From a virus (taxonomy: Duplodnaviria > Caudoviricetes): a DNA stretch of 58,712 nucleotides. Within the stretch, counting starts at the first letter, position 1. Every line of letters starts with the position of its first letter. The stretch covers positions 1-58,712 of the IMG/VR virus record IMGVR_UViG_3300049489_000482, one strand, 5' to 3'. The notes below the pieces were generated by a model that was not told the origin of the DNA, ran no database searches, and was given only the letters and a program-made list of their open reading frames with translations. The position numbers were made by a program, and so were the translations under genes. This document shows positions 29,503 through 38,414 of the stretch, one piece after another.

Positions 29503-30939
29503 TCAGAGGCGTTCCGGTTTGTGGCCGGCCTGCTCCATGCGGTCGAGCGCCACGGCGACGTATCGCGGGTCCAGTTCAATGGCTCGGGCGATGCGTTGGA
29601 GCTTGTCGGCGGCGACCATCGTGGCGCCGGCTCCGTGGAAGTTGTCGAGGACGATCTGGCCTGGCTTGGTGCTGTTCTCGATGGCGCGTGCGGCGAGTTC
29701 GACGGGCTTCTGCGTCGGGTGCAGATACTCCGCGGCGTTGTCGCGTCCGATTTCCCATGCGTCGGTTGGCTGCGGGTTCCCGATGGTGATGCGGTTGCCA
29801 GTCTTGACGCGGATGTGGCGCCACTTGCCCTTCGGCGGCTTGCTGCGGATGAATAGGTGCGCGTTGGCGCCGTTGGAGATGTGGAGTCCGCTGGCGACGG
29901 CGATGTGGATGTCTCCGCCGCTGGCCTCCGCGATCCGCCAGACGGTGGCCTGCGTCCGATCTCCGTGGAATGAGGCGCTTCCGTCGGCGCGCTCGCAGTA
30001 GAAGCATGGCTCCGTCTGCCAGTGATAGTCGGCGTGGCCGAGAACAAATCCCTCCTTTACCCATGTGATGTATTGCTTCTCGCGCAGCCCGACGGCGTCG
30101 AGGGCGTGTTCGAAGTCGCGCCGAGTGGCTGCCGCGTGCCAGATGTAGGCAGCTCCGTTCCTGGCGAGCCGCTCGACGGCCGGACGCATGGCGGGGATCA
30201 GGAAGTTTGCCAGCGCGTTGTGTGTCAGGTCGTCGTTTGCGATCTTCTTCTTCCCTTTGGCCTGGTAGCTCACGCCGTATGGCGGGTCGGTGTAGTAGAG
30301 CTGGACGGTTTCCGCGTCGAGCAGGCGCTCGTACAGCTTCGGGTCGGTGCTGTCTCCGCAGACGATGCGGTGCGGGCCGGCCCGCCACATGTCCCCGACC
30401 TTCACCGCCCACTTGGCGTGCAGTTCCTCGATGCGCTGTTCCGTGGCGGACGGCTGCGGTGTTTCGTTGGTGTCGCCGGTCGCCAGCAGCCGCTTCAGTT
30501 CCGCCTCGTCGAACCCGACGACGGTCATGTCCACATCCTCCTCGAGTAGCGCCTGCAGTTGCGACCGCAGACGTTCGTCGTCCCAGTCGCCTCCGTGCTT
30601 GTTGGCGGCGATCATGGCGGCGGTTTCCGTGGTCTTGTCCCATGTGACTTCGCGGTAGCTGAACCGTTCCCCTTCAAACTCGATGTGCCCAAGCGCCGTC
30701 GTTCCGGTGCGTGTCGGCTTCGTGAAGCGATGAGTGATCTCCGGTACGCTCTCCTTTGGGTTGAAGTTCTTCACGCGCTGATGCCCGCCCACGGCGTGCC
30801 CGGTCTTGGTGTTGAAGATGATGCCGCTCAGGTCGCCGAACCGGCGCATGGATTCCCGCAGCGCCTGCAGCTTTGCGTCGGTGATGACGCGCGGATTGTC
30901 GGGGTGCGGAGGCGGTAGTGCGGACTTCGTTGTTTTCAT
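29503..30939 (-). CDS. ParB-N domain fused to adenine DNA methyltransferase
   Basis: 'PDNPR...GGHQR' ParB domain; TDPPY, HPTQKP, DNFHGAGAT. Confidence 0.85.
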   Translation of the reverse strand: MKTTKSALPPPHPDNPRVITDAKLQALRESMRRFGDLSGIIFNTKTGHAVGGHQRVKNFNPKESVPEITHRFTKPTRTGTTALGHIEFEGERFSYREVTWDKTTETAAMIAANKHGGDWDDERLRSQLQALLEEDVDMTVVGFDEAELKRLLATGDTNETPQPSATEQRIEELHAKWAVKVGDMWRAGPHRIVCGDSTDPKLYERLLDAETVQLYYTDPPYGVSYQAKGKKKIANDDLTHNALANFLIPAMRPAVERLARNGAAYIWHAAATRRDFEHALDAVGLREKQYITWVKEGFVLGHADYHWQTEPCFYCERADGSASFHGDRTQATVWRIAEASGGDIHIAVASGLHISNGANAHLFIRSKPPKGKWRHIRVKTGNRITIGNPQPTDAWEIGRDNAAEYLHPTQKPVELAARAIENSTKPGQIVLDNFHGAGATMVAADKLQRIARAIELDPRYVAVALDRMEQAGHKPERL

Positions 30940-30977
30940 TGCCAGCGTTGTATCGCTGACTTGCGCTCCTCACAAGG

Positions 30978-31387
30978 TCATTTCTCAGGCGCTGTCAATA
31001 TCCTCCTGCCGATCCACTCGATGACGTTCACGGTGACGCCGTTCCCGAGTTGACGTTTTCCCAAAGCAAAATTCCGGGGTTGAGTTCATTGGCGATCCTT
31101 ACGAATTGCAGGCAGAGGTTGCTCCGGTCGTCATCGAGGCTTCCGCGCAGACCGGCGACGCTGAAGCCCTGGCATGGTGTCCCGCCCGCGAGCACGTCCA
31201 CGCGCGGCAGGTTGTGCTTCCCCACGGTGGTCATGTCCCCCAGCAGCAGCGCATTCGGGAAGTGGCGACGCAGAATGTTCCGGCACTGCGGGTCGATCTC
31301 GACAGCGAACTGGCATTCCATCCCGGCCCGTTCAAGGCCGAGGTCGATGCCTCCGATGCCGCTGCAAAGTGTTCCAAACGTCAGCAC
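30978..31387 (-). pseudogene. C5-cytosine methyltransferase with internal deletion and frameshift
   Basis: Motifs I (CSGIGG), IV (PCQ) and VI (ENV) are joined directly to motif X (RQLGNGVTVNVIEWIGRRI) in another frame. Confidence 0.8.
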
Positions 31388-31782
31388 GCGGCCTCCGTCA
31401 GCGCGGCGAACTCCTGCTGCCCAATCGGCTTCGTGGGCGACCAGCCGTTGCGCTTCAGGAACGTGCGCGCCTTGCTCTCGTCCACCAGCCGGTATGAGAA
31501 GATCGTCCGCCCCCGGCTGCCGTCCGCCGTGCTGCGCCGGCTGCACTCGGTGCGCTTGAGGATTCCGACCTTGACCAGCGTGCGCCATGTCAGCCCGATG
31601 GCGTTCCGGTCGCCCGCCACCACGTCCCGCGTGTCGATCTGGTCCGGCCAGATGATGCGGTCGTTCTCGCCGACGATGTGGCCGAGAATGGCCACGGCGA
31701 TGTTTCGCGCGGTGCCCGGCTTCCACGTCAGCACCTTGATGGTGGCATCGTCCAGATGCGCGTCGATCTCCTGTGCGTTCAT
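31381..31782 (-). CDS. Hypothetical protein, possible winged helix
   Basis: Overlapping start/stop with neighbours. Confidence 0.5.
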   Translation of the reverse strand: MNAQEIDAHLDDATIKVLTWKPGTARNIAVAILGHIVGENDRIIWPDQIDTRDVVAGDRNAIGLTWRTLVKVGILKRTECSRRSTADGSRGRTIFSYRLVDESKARTFLKRNGWSPTKPIGQQEFAALTEAAC

Positions 31783-31985
31783 TTCGGTTTGGCCTTCTTC
31801 ATTTTCGCCAGCGTCTGCTCGACGGCGGCTCTCTGGTTTACCGCTTCACAGATCCGGTGCGCGATACCGAACGGATCCGCGACGTTGAAATCCGGGAACA
31901 CGTCGCACATGCGTTCACCGCGTGCGTTCTGGACCCAGACTCCGATGCCGTCGTGGCGGACTTCCCACGGTGTGTCCTTTTCCAT
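31779..31985 (-). CDS. Hypothetical protein
   Basis: Small ORF in gene order. Confidence 0.45.
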   Translation of the reverse strand: MEKDTPWEVRHDGIGVWVQNARGERMCDVFPDFNVADPFGIAHRICEAVNQRAAVEQTLAKMKKAKPK

Positions 31986-32211
31986 TGAGTTCCTTTCCGA
32001 GTTCGATCAGCACCAGCCCGATGCCAAGGTCCGGCTGCTGGCTCCTGGTCGGGTGCATCCACCGGGCGACGGTGTTGCGGTGAAACGTCTTTCAGGTCTT
32101 GGCGAACAGCAGCCCGAGCAGAATTTTCGTGCGGCCCGGCTCCGCCGCCAGCCAAGTGCGGAGCGGTTGCAATGCTGCGTCCGCGACCGTTTGCGTGTAG
32201 TTGTCCTTCAT
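31915..32211 (-). pseudogene. Cro-like HTH gene interrupted by an in-frame TGA
   Basis: MKDNY...FAKT*KTFHRNTVARWMHP..PDLGIGLVL; stop at 32092-32094. Confidence 0.45.
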
Positions 32212-32216
32212 GGCGT

Positions 32217-32630
32217 TTACTTCGTGACCGGCAGCCCTTCCGATTCGAGTTCCTCGTTGCTCAGGCTGTTGAACCAGCGCTCCATTTCCGTGAACGGAGC
32301 GTCGCCGACCACTTCGAGGCAGATGGCGTTCGCGTAGTGGAACGTCGCGGCCGGCCTCCCCTCCTGCCTGTCCCAGATGCCGATCGGCGCGTCCTGCGGA
32401 ACGTCCGGGAATGGCTCCCAGAACGCGCCCACGGTCATCACGAATCGCTCCGTATTCATGCTGCGCTTCTGCCCCGGTTTCGCAAGTGCGTTTCTGGCGA
32501 TTTCCGCCATTGTGTGCGGCACGCCATTCACCGCGTCCATCGCGCGCTCCAGTCCGTCGATCCGGCGCAGTGCCGCCTCCAATGTCCGCACCCGGTTCCG
32601 CAGCTCGTCTGTTGTTTGGTTATTGCTCAT
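32217..32630 (-). CDS. Hypothetical protein
   Basis: ORF in gene order. Confidence 0.5.
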   Translation of the reverse strand: MSNNQTTDELRNRVRTLEAALRRIDGLERAMDAVNGVPHTMAEIARNALAKPGQKRSMNTERFVMTVGAFWEPFPDVPQDAPIGIWDRQEGRPAATFHYANAICLEVVGDAPFTEMERWFNSLSNEELESEGLPVTK

Positions 32631-32631
32631 G

Positions 32632-32922
32632 TTATGTGGTCTTGCCCACTGGAATGAAGTAGCTGTGACAGGCTCGGACGGTTACTTCCTCGCCAACGTC
32701 GCGGACGTTGTAGCGCATCATCGCATTTGCCACGCCTTCCGTGATTGTGCCGGTTATCCACTCCCCGTCTATTTTGGTGACGAGCATCGTGAATGTGCCT
32801 TTGCGTTGATTCCTGACCTCATACTCTTTGCCTTCGGACAGTTCTGCATTTCCAGCGACCACATAACCAGTCGCTGATGCAGAACCGGCTTCCCGCGTTT
32901 CCGTTCGGACGTTCGTTTGCAT
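32632..32922 (-). CDS. Hypothetical protein in a relic gene cassette
   Basis: Bounded by GTTATGTGGTC (32631) and its complement GACCACATAAC (32857). Confidence 0.6.
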   Translation of the reverse strand: MQTNVRTETREAGSASATGYVVAGNAELSEGKEYEVRNQRKGTFTMLVTKIDGEWITGTITEGVANAMMRYNVRDVGEEVTVRACHSYFIPVGKTT

Positions 32923-32927
32923 TTTGT

Positions 32928-33227
32928 CTAGGCCGTGACGAACTCGAAAACGTGCCGGCTCGGAAGCGCGGGGTGAGTGGCGCTCCCGACGTATTTCCAT
33001 TCCGCACCCTGCTCGGTCTGGATTTCCTGACCGGTTCGTAACGTCGCGAACTGGCGCGTCTCCGTCTCCGCCTCGGTGTCCACCAGCGCCCACATGCTCA
33101 GGTGGTTCGCGCTGAACTCGACGCGCACGATCTGCGCGCCCTTCGGCATCTGAACATCGACGCCCACATTGGTGGCGTCCATGAATGCCTGCTTTGGTGT
33201 AATTTTGAACCGTTGAACTGTTTTCAT
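32928..33227 (-). CDS. Conserved small phage protein
   Basis: 'MPKGAQIV..MWALVD..TGQ..YVGS..HVFE' pattern. Confidence 0.6.
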   Translation of the reverse strand: MKTVQRFKITPKQAFMDATNVGVDVQMPKGAQIVRVEFSANHLSMWALVDTEAETETRQFATLRTGQEIQTEQGAEWKYVGSATHPALPSRHVFEFVTA

Positions 33228-33302
33228 TCGTTTTTCTTTCGTTTCGCTCGGGTCATTCCCTTGCTTGCACCACACATGGGGCAACACCCGTTTTGGTGCA
33301 AC

Positions 33303-33713
33303 TCAAATTTCCAGAAACTTTTTCGCGTAAGCGATGGCCTCCGCCACGGTGTGGCAGACGGCAACCTGCATCCCAGCCTGAACGAGCTCGCGTGCGACGT
33401 CGTGCTGCGCCTGGCTCAGTTTGTTCCCTGGCATCTTGAACTCGACGAATGCGACTCGCCCGTTCCATGTCACCGTGAAGTCCGGCCATCCTTCGCGAAT
33501 TGTGCTCTTGCGATCCATGCGCGAGTGGACGTGCGGCACGGGAACCACTGCGGCGTGGTAGCGCAGCCACGTCGCGAACTGGTCGTGCATGTCCGCCTCC
33601 GCCTCGTGCTCGGTGACGGCCCGGCGCTGTTCCTGCGCGGCGATGCTGTGCGGCTCGCTCGCCGGCATCAGCCTGCGGACGGCCGGCGGCAGTGATGCTG
33701 CGTCCCAGCCCAT
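33303..33713 (-). CDS. VRR-NUC-like nuclease
   Basis: 'GWPDF...FVEFKMPGNKLSQAQ'. Confidence 0.75.
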   Translation of the reverse strand: MGWDAASLPPAVRRLMPASEPHSIAAQEQRRAVTEHEAEADMHDQFATWLRYHAAVVPVPHVHSRMDRKSTIREGWPDFTVTWNGRVAFVEFKMPGNKLSQAQHDVARELVQAGMQVAVCHTVAEAIAYAKKFLEI

Positions 33714-33714
33714 G

Positions 33715-34206
33715 TCAGTCGCTCCTCCCCCAGTCGCCCCTCGCGGCGATCATCGGCAGCGTAGTTCCGTCCGGCCTTGTCCACACCGCTCTCCGCGCGT
33801 CGTCCATGTGGTCATGAATCTTCCGGTGGCATTCGTGATCCACCGGCATCCAGAACCGTTCATCGAGCAGCAGTGTCCCCGCCCGTCCCCGCGTGTGATG
33901 CACCTCCGCGCTCGTGCGTTCTCCGCACACGCCGCAGACGGGATGCATCGCGAGGAACGCCCGCGCCTTCAGACGGTATGCGGTGTTGGTCTTGACGCGC
34001 CGCCTGGACACGGCGCGCAGCTTCTTCGGCGGCGTTGATCCCGAGCGCGATGTCGCCGCGGTTAATGGCGTCGTCGGCCGCCTCTTGCCACCATGCACGG
34101 ATGGCTTCGAGTTCGCGCCGGTACGGTTTGCAGATTCGCATTGCTCCGGGAACGCCGAAGTCCACGGCGCCTTTCTGGTCTTGGGTTTGTATCCTCGCAG
34201 GCTCAT
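33715..34206 (-). CDS. HNH-like protein
   Basis: CGVC...EVHH.RGR...ECHRKIH. Confidence 0.65.
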   Translation of the reverse strand: MSLRGYKPKTRKAPWTSAFPEQCESANRTGANSKPSVHGGKRRPTTPLTAATSRSGSTPPKKLRAVSRRRVKTNTAYRLKARAFLAMHPVCGVCGERTSAEVHHTRGRAGTLLLDERFWMPVDHECHRKIHDHMDDARRAVWTRPDGTTLPMIAARGDWGRSD

Positions 34207-34208
34207 CG

Positions 34209-34400
34209 TCAAAGCCTGTTTGTTAGTGTGGATAACAGGTGAACAATCGCTGCCGTGCCGCGCCAGGCCAAGACCACCAGCGTCACGTATCCGGTGACGA
34301 CGGCGATGCGGTGCGTCCACTTCATTGCCCGCGCTGCGCGTTGTTTGAATACGGCGCGGCGGATGTCGCGCTTGAGTTCCTCGGTGTCATTCTTTGGCAT
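34209..34400 (-). CDS. Small membrane protein
   Basis: C-terminal hydrophobic helix. Confidence 0.4.
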   Translation of the reverse strand: MPKNDTEELKRDIRRAVFKQRAARAMKWTHRIAVVTGYVTLVVLAWRGTAAIVHLLSTLTNRL

Positions 34401-34693
34401 TGGGTTCCTTTTGCTCCTGCTGTGTACATTTCGACGATGAATGCGTGGACGAGCCGGATGTGGTGACAGCGCAGGCTGGGCGAACGGTGCCCGGCCAGCA
34501 GCTTGCCCTCGTTGCGCCAGTAGAAATGGTGACACTCGCACGATCCGATTCCGTCGAACGCGCACACGTTGACGGTGTGCGGGTCCGCGTGGCTTCGCGA
34601 TCCCACCCGGAACATTCCGGGTCCGAGGCATTCCACTTCATCCGGCTTGAGGTGCGTAACGTCCATTTGCGTTGGCTGGTTGCGGCGGTTCAT
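34322..34693 (-). CDS. SWIM-type zinc finger protein
   Basis: GSCEC...RCHHI. Confidence 0.55.
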   Translation of the reverse strand: MNRRNQPTQMDVTHLKPDEVECLGPGMFRVGSRSHADPHTVNVCAFDGIGSCECHHFYWRNEGKLLAGHRSPSLRCHHIRLVHAFIVEMYTAGAKGTQCQRMTPRNSSATSAAPYSNNAQRGQ

Positions 34694-35228
34694 CTCCTAT
34701 TTTTAAGCCCACGAACAGCAGGCGTCCGTGCTTCGACTTGCCTGCGGCGTGCATCAGAATGTTCAACGCCTGCGCCACCACCTCCGCCTGTTTTGTATCG
34801 GTGCCTGCCGGCACGGTGATTTGAAACGTGGTGCTGATTTTTCCGGTGACCTTCGGCAGCACGCCGCACGGCGCGTCAAATATTTCCGAAGCCACCGACT
34901 CGACGAGTCGCCGTGTCGGCTCCGCGTTCCACGAGGTGATTGGCACGAACGGCGGCATCGTTTCCTCGCGCCCGGTTCGGGGTTCCTCGAGTAAGAACAG
35001 TGTCTCGATGCCGTCCTGAAGACCCACGCTCTTGATGATGTCCTGAAAGGCGCGCACCGTTGCGCCTCGGGTTCCGACGCAGGCGCTCATGTCCGCCTGG
35101 TTCACCCAGAGGTGGACGGCTGTAACGCTCGAATCCTGGTCGACGTCGATTAAGATGTCGCCCTCGTGTTTGCAGACCGCTCGCGCGAGTTGGTCGGTGA
35201 TCCTTCGGAGTCTGTTCGTTGTGCTCAT
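34638..35228 (-). CDS. KH-domain (KhpA-like) RNA-binding protein
   Basis: 'LWVNQADMSACVGTRGATVRAFQDII' with GxxG loop. Confidence 0.6.
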   Translation of the reverse strand: MSTTNRLRRITDQLARAVCKHEGDILIDVDQDSSVTAVHLWVNQADMSACVGTRGATVRAFQDIIKSVGLQDGIETLFLLEEPRTGREETMPPFVPITSWNAEPTRRLVESVASEIFDAPCGVLPKVTGKISTTFQITVPAGTDTKQAEVVAQALNILMHAAGKSKHGRLLFVGLKIGDEPPQPANANGRYAPQAG

Positions 35229-35242
35229 TCGTTCCGTGTCAA

Positions 35243-36214
35243 TTACGGCTCGCCCTGCCGTGGTGCAAGAGGGAACTCCCGCACCCGCAAATCCTGCGGC
35301 CACTCGGCGGGGTCGCCGCCCTTCTTGTCGCGCAAGACGACTCTGGCCCCGTCAATGCCTGCAACCGATGGCCAGCATTGTGAGTCAGGAAACGTGTCCG
35401 CGCTGTTAACATTGTGGTCGATCACATGTGCCCCCAACTGCTTTACAAACGCGGACACGCCAGCTTCTTTGCACTGGCGCACGCCATCCCGAATCCACTC
35501 CACGTTGCAGGGGCGGGCATTCGGGCCGCTCTCGCCGCCGAAGATGATTTGATGGATTCGATTCTCGCGCCGTCCGTCGCTCCATCCATCCCTCCCGAGC
35601 ACATACCTGAAATTTACCGGCCCCAGCATCGGCTCGCAGGAAATGAAACGCACCGCCGCCGGAATCTTGAGCAGTTCCGGGATGCGCCTGTCCGCCATCT
35701 CCTGATTCTCGCACGTCGTGCCAATCCAGACGTTGTGCGGTGGGCCGTGGAAACCATCGTCGCCGGTCTGCGCTGCATTGCTCCACTTCATCACCAGCAC
35801 CTTCGCGTCCGACAACGGCTCCATAACGTCCCACGCAGCGGCAATCCGTCGCTGCCAATTCTCCGGGCGCTTGGTCAGGAGTTGCCACGTCAAATTCGGC
35901 GTCTGGTGAATCACCGACAGCAAATCCGCCAACCACTCCACCGGCACCTCGTCATCCAGCCAGTCGGAGAGGCTGGCGCAAAACACGCGCTGCGGAGGAT
36001 GCTCAGGGTCGTGTTTCCGATTCCACTTCAACGGCTTCTTCCAGTTCGCTGCGCTGGTGCGGATTCGCGGCACGCCCTTCCGGTATTCTCCAATCCCGAA
36101 CCGATGGGCATGTGCAGCCGCGTAGCAGTTGGTGCAGCCGGGGGATACAGGCGTGCAAATCCGCCACGGATTGAACGTGTAATCGGTCCATTGGATTTTC
36201 GTGTTCTCGCTCAC
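35243..36214 (-). CDS. Gp37/Gp68 (DUF5131) family protein
   Basis: 'TKIQWTDYTFNPW..C..VSPGCTNCYA', 'LLTKRP', 'GGESG'. Confidence 0.9.
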   Translation of the reverse strand: MSENTKIQWTDYTFNPWRICTPVSPGCTNCYAAAHAHRFGIGEYRKGVPRIRTSAANWKKPLKWNRKHDPEHPPQRVFCASLSDWLDDEVPVEWLADLLSVIHQTPNLTWQLLTKRPENWQRRIAAAWDVMEPLSDAKVLVMKWSNAAQTGDDGFHGPPHNVWIGTTCENQEMADRRIPELLKIPAAVRFISCEPMLGPVNFRYVLGRDGWSDGRRENRIHQIIFGGESGPNARPCNVEWIRDGVRQCKEAGVSAFVKQLGAHVIDHNVNSADTFPDSQCWPSVAGIDGARVVLRDKKGGDPAEWPQDLRVREFPLAPRQGEP

Positions 36215-36427
36215 TCAGTATCCTCCGTCGCGTTCAACGTCCCCCGCGATTTCGCCCTTCTCTTCCTCGCACCGGTCGCGATACGTGCGGCCTTCGGCGT
36301 CGGTGTCGTCCGGGCCGCTGATGTCTCGGTCGGTCACTCCTGCGGGTAAGTTCGGATCAGCATTCATTCAGTTTTCATTCGTTGGCGTGCAGCCTGGCTC
36401 GGCTGCACGCCCCTGTTGTAATGCCGG

Positions 36428-36922
36428 CTACGGATGCGCGCCAGCACTTTCCGGTGCCCGGTCGATGGCTGTCTCTCCGGTGACCACGGTGAGCGCCACG
36501 GCTCCGCCTCCGGTGCGGACCGGTATGGTTCCATCCACGGTGTTCAACTTCAGTTGCGCCGGGTCATCGGTGCTTGTTTCCGCGGCGTCCTTGTGCGCCG
36601 GCCTCGGGATGGCCAGCTTGACCTTGACCACCGCCGGCTTGTCGGTGCAGTCCAACACGACGGGCATGTTGAACTTCAGCTTGCCGTCGAAGTGATCCGC
36701 CTGGATTTGCCGCAGCGTCCTCCAGTTCTTCACCAGCAGTTGCTTGGCCTCAATCAGGACGCTGGCGACAATCATCGAGTCCTGTTCGCTCAACTCGCAG
36801 TTTTGGCGCACGCTCGCCGCGACGTTGTCACGGTTCGCGAGGTCGATGTCCACGACGTTGGTGACCGTCTTTGTCCGGACGGTCTTCGGTGTTTTGGCTT
36901 TCGCCGGTTTCTTCTTACTCAT
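36428..36922 (-). CDS. Hypothetical protein
   Basis: ORF in gene order. Confidence 0.5.
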   Translation of the reverse strand: MSKKKPAKAKTPKTVRTKTVTNVVDIDLANRDNVAASVRQNCELSEQDSMIVASVLIEAKQLLVKNWRTLRQIQADHFDGKLKFNMPVVLDCTDKPAVVKVKLAIPRPAHKDAAETSTDDPAQLKLNTVDGTIPVRTGGGAVALTVVTGETAIDRAPESAGAHP

Positions 36923-36969
36923 TGTTTTGTCCTTCGGTTTTCGTGCCAGCACCATGCTGGTTTGAAATC

Positions 36970-37383
36970 TTATTTGTTCGTCCAACAAATCAGCACGCCC
37001 TCAAACGGCAAGCCGTGTGTCGTCTCGAACCACTGTAGCATTTCGAGACGGTTAGCAAAGCCATCGGCGCGAGCGAATGCTTCCTCGTCGTGAAGTGCGA
37101 GGCCGCAGAGGGTGCATCCAAGCGCGCTGATTGTGATCGGCAGCGTTTTGGTGATGACCGCTTCCCGGAGCACTCGCTGTTTCGAGCGATATGGTTTGCC
37201 CGTCCATGAGCGCAGGCTGATACGGTCGCCCGGTTCCGGCATCCGTTTCGGCGTCGGGCGGACTGTTTGCAGCTTCTCGCCGCGCTCGACGAGTTCCGCA
37301 AACTGCGGCTTGAACATCCGCACAAAAGAGGATGAACCAGCCGCTTCAGCGATCGGATGGATTGCGTCTCTAGTGTTTTTCAT
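36970..37383 (-). CDS. ASCH/PUA-like protein in an ectopic gene cassette
   Basis: 'FKPQFAELVERGEKLQTVR...FARADGF'; start codon lies inside an attC. Confidence 0.7.
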   Translation of the reverse strand: MKNTRDAIHPIAEAAGSSSFVRMFKPQFAELVERGEKLQTVRPTPKRMPEPGDRISLRSWTGKPYRSKQRVLREAVITKTLPITISALGCTLCGLALHDEEAFARADGFANRLEMLQWFETTHGLPFEGVLICWTNK

Positions 37384-37422
37384 AGCATTGGCCCAGCCGT
37401 CGCTGAGTTTGGGTCGTTCGAT
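37331..37422 (+). mobile_element. Solitary attC site
   Basis: GATGAAC..CTTCAGCGA...TCGCTGAG.TTGGGTC.GTTCGAT; right arm almost identical to attC5 and attC6. Confidence 0.7.
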
Positions 37423-37424
37423 CT

Positions 37425-38414
37425 TCATTGGAGGTATGCCTTCCGCTTCTCCGCCCGGTGCGACGCGCCCGCCATCCGCAGTATCGCGTATCCACATTCC
37501 GCGAGCCTGTCCTGCATCCGCTCGCCGATGATGGCAAACAGTTCTTCCTTCGAGGCTAGGTTTCCGATCAGCACCGTCTTCATTTCCTGGTTGTAGCGGT
37601 GGCTCAGGATGTCGTGGATCACCGGGAACTCGTCCCGTCCACCCGTGCTCAGTCCCATCTCGTCCAGCACAAGGCACGGCGTCCGCTTGCAAACGGCGAC
37701 GATGTCCTCCGCACGCTCGTCCCGGTAGGTCCGGCGCAGCGCGTTCAGGAGTTCCTGCTGTGTCAGCATCCGACCGCGCTTGCTCGCCCGCAGGATGCTA
37801 ACTCCGAGATGCGACTTGCCGGTGCCCTTGTCTGGCCCGATCAGGCAGATGAACCCGGAACGGCACGCGATGAAGCGCCGGACGGTGGTGAGCGTGTTCT
37901 GCTCGCCGGCATCGCGCGGCACGAAGTTGTCAATCGTTGCGTGCGTCATGTTCCTCGGGACGCCGCTGTCGATCAACTTCTGCGCCGCCGCGTTCGCAGC
38001 GGCGTTGGCGTGGCACTTCCCGCACGGCAGGTAGAACGCGCATGGCTCGTTGCCCTGCGCGATCCACCGGGACATCTCCGGGATGTCGAACGCCAGCGCG
38101 GTGTCGGGATGCTTGTCGCACCGCTTCACCTCGCGTGTGGCAGCCCACGCCGCCGCCCGCTTTTGATTCGCGATGTTCGCCCTCATCGCCCGCTCAAGTC
38201 CGGCGCAAGCGGCGGTGAGCACGGTGTCGATGGAGTCCGTTGCCGGCCCGAGCCGTAGCCTCCACCCGTCCTGCTTCGGCGCGCATTCCTGACATATCCA
38301 CTCGTGCCCATCGACGTTGATCGTCTCTCCGATCTGCGCCTGCTCAGGTCCGGTCGCGAACGCCACGACGGACGTTCCAGAGGTGATCGTCTTGGTTGAG
38401 GTGAATTGCTTCAT
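37425..38414 (-). CDS. DnaC/IstB-like AAA+ helicase loader
   Basis: GPDKGTGKSHL, LVLDEMG, 'HRYN..KTVLIGN', 'GERMQDRL'. Confidence 0.8.
   Translation of the reverse strand: MKQFTSTKTITSGTSVVAFATGPEQAQIGETINVDGHEWICQECAPKQDGWRLRLGPATDSIDTVLTAACAGLERAMRANIANQKRAAAWAATREVKRCDKHPDTALAFDIPEMSRWIAQGNEPCAFYLPCGKCHANAAANAAAQKLIDSGVPRNMTHATIDNFVPRDAGEQNTLTTVRRFIACRSGFICLIGPDKGTGKSHLGVSILRASKRGRMLTQQELLNALRRTYRDERAEDIVAVCKRTPCLVLDEMGLSTGGRDEFPVIHDILSHRYNQEMKTVLIGNLASKEELFAIIGERMQDRLAECGYAILRMAGASHRAEKRKAYLQ

Noticed and set aside
32092-32094. Genome-wide TGA recoding
   Set aside because: Many genes end at TGA with ATGA/GTGA overlaps; only one in-frame case was seen.
36384-36411. 11-bp hairpin as attC or terminator
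   Set aside because: No R boxes at the right spacing and no T tract on the coding strand.
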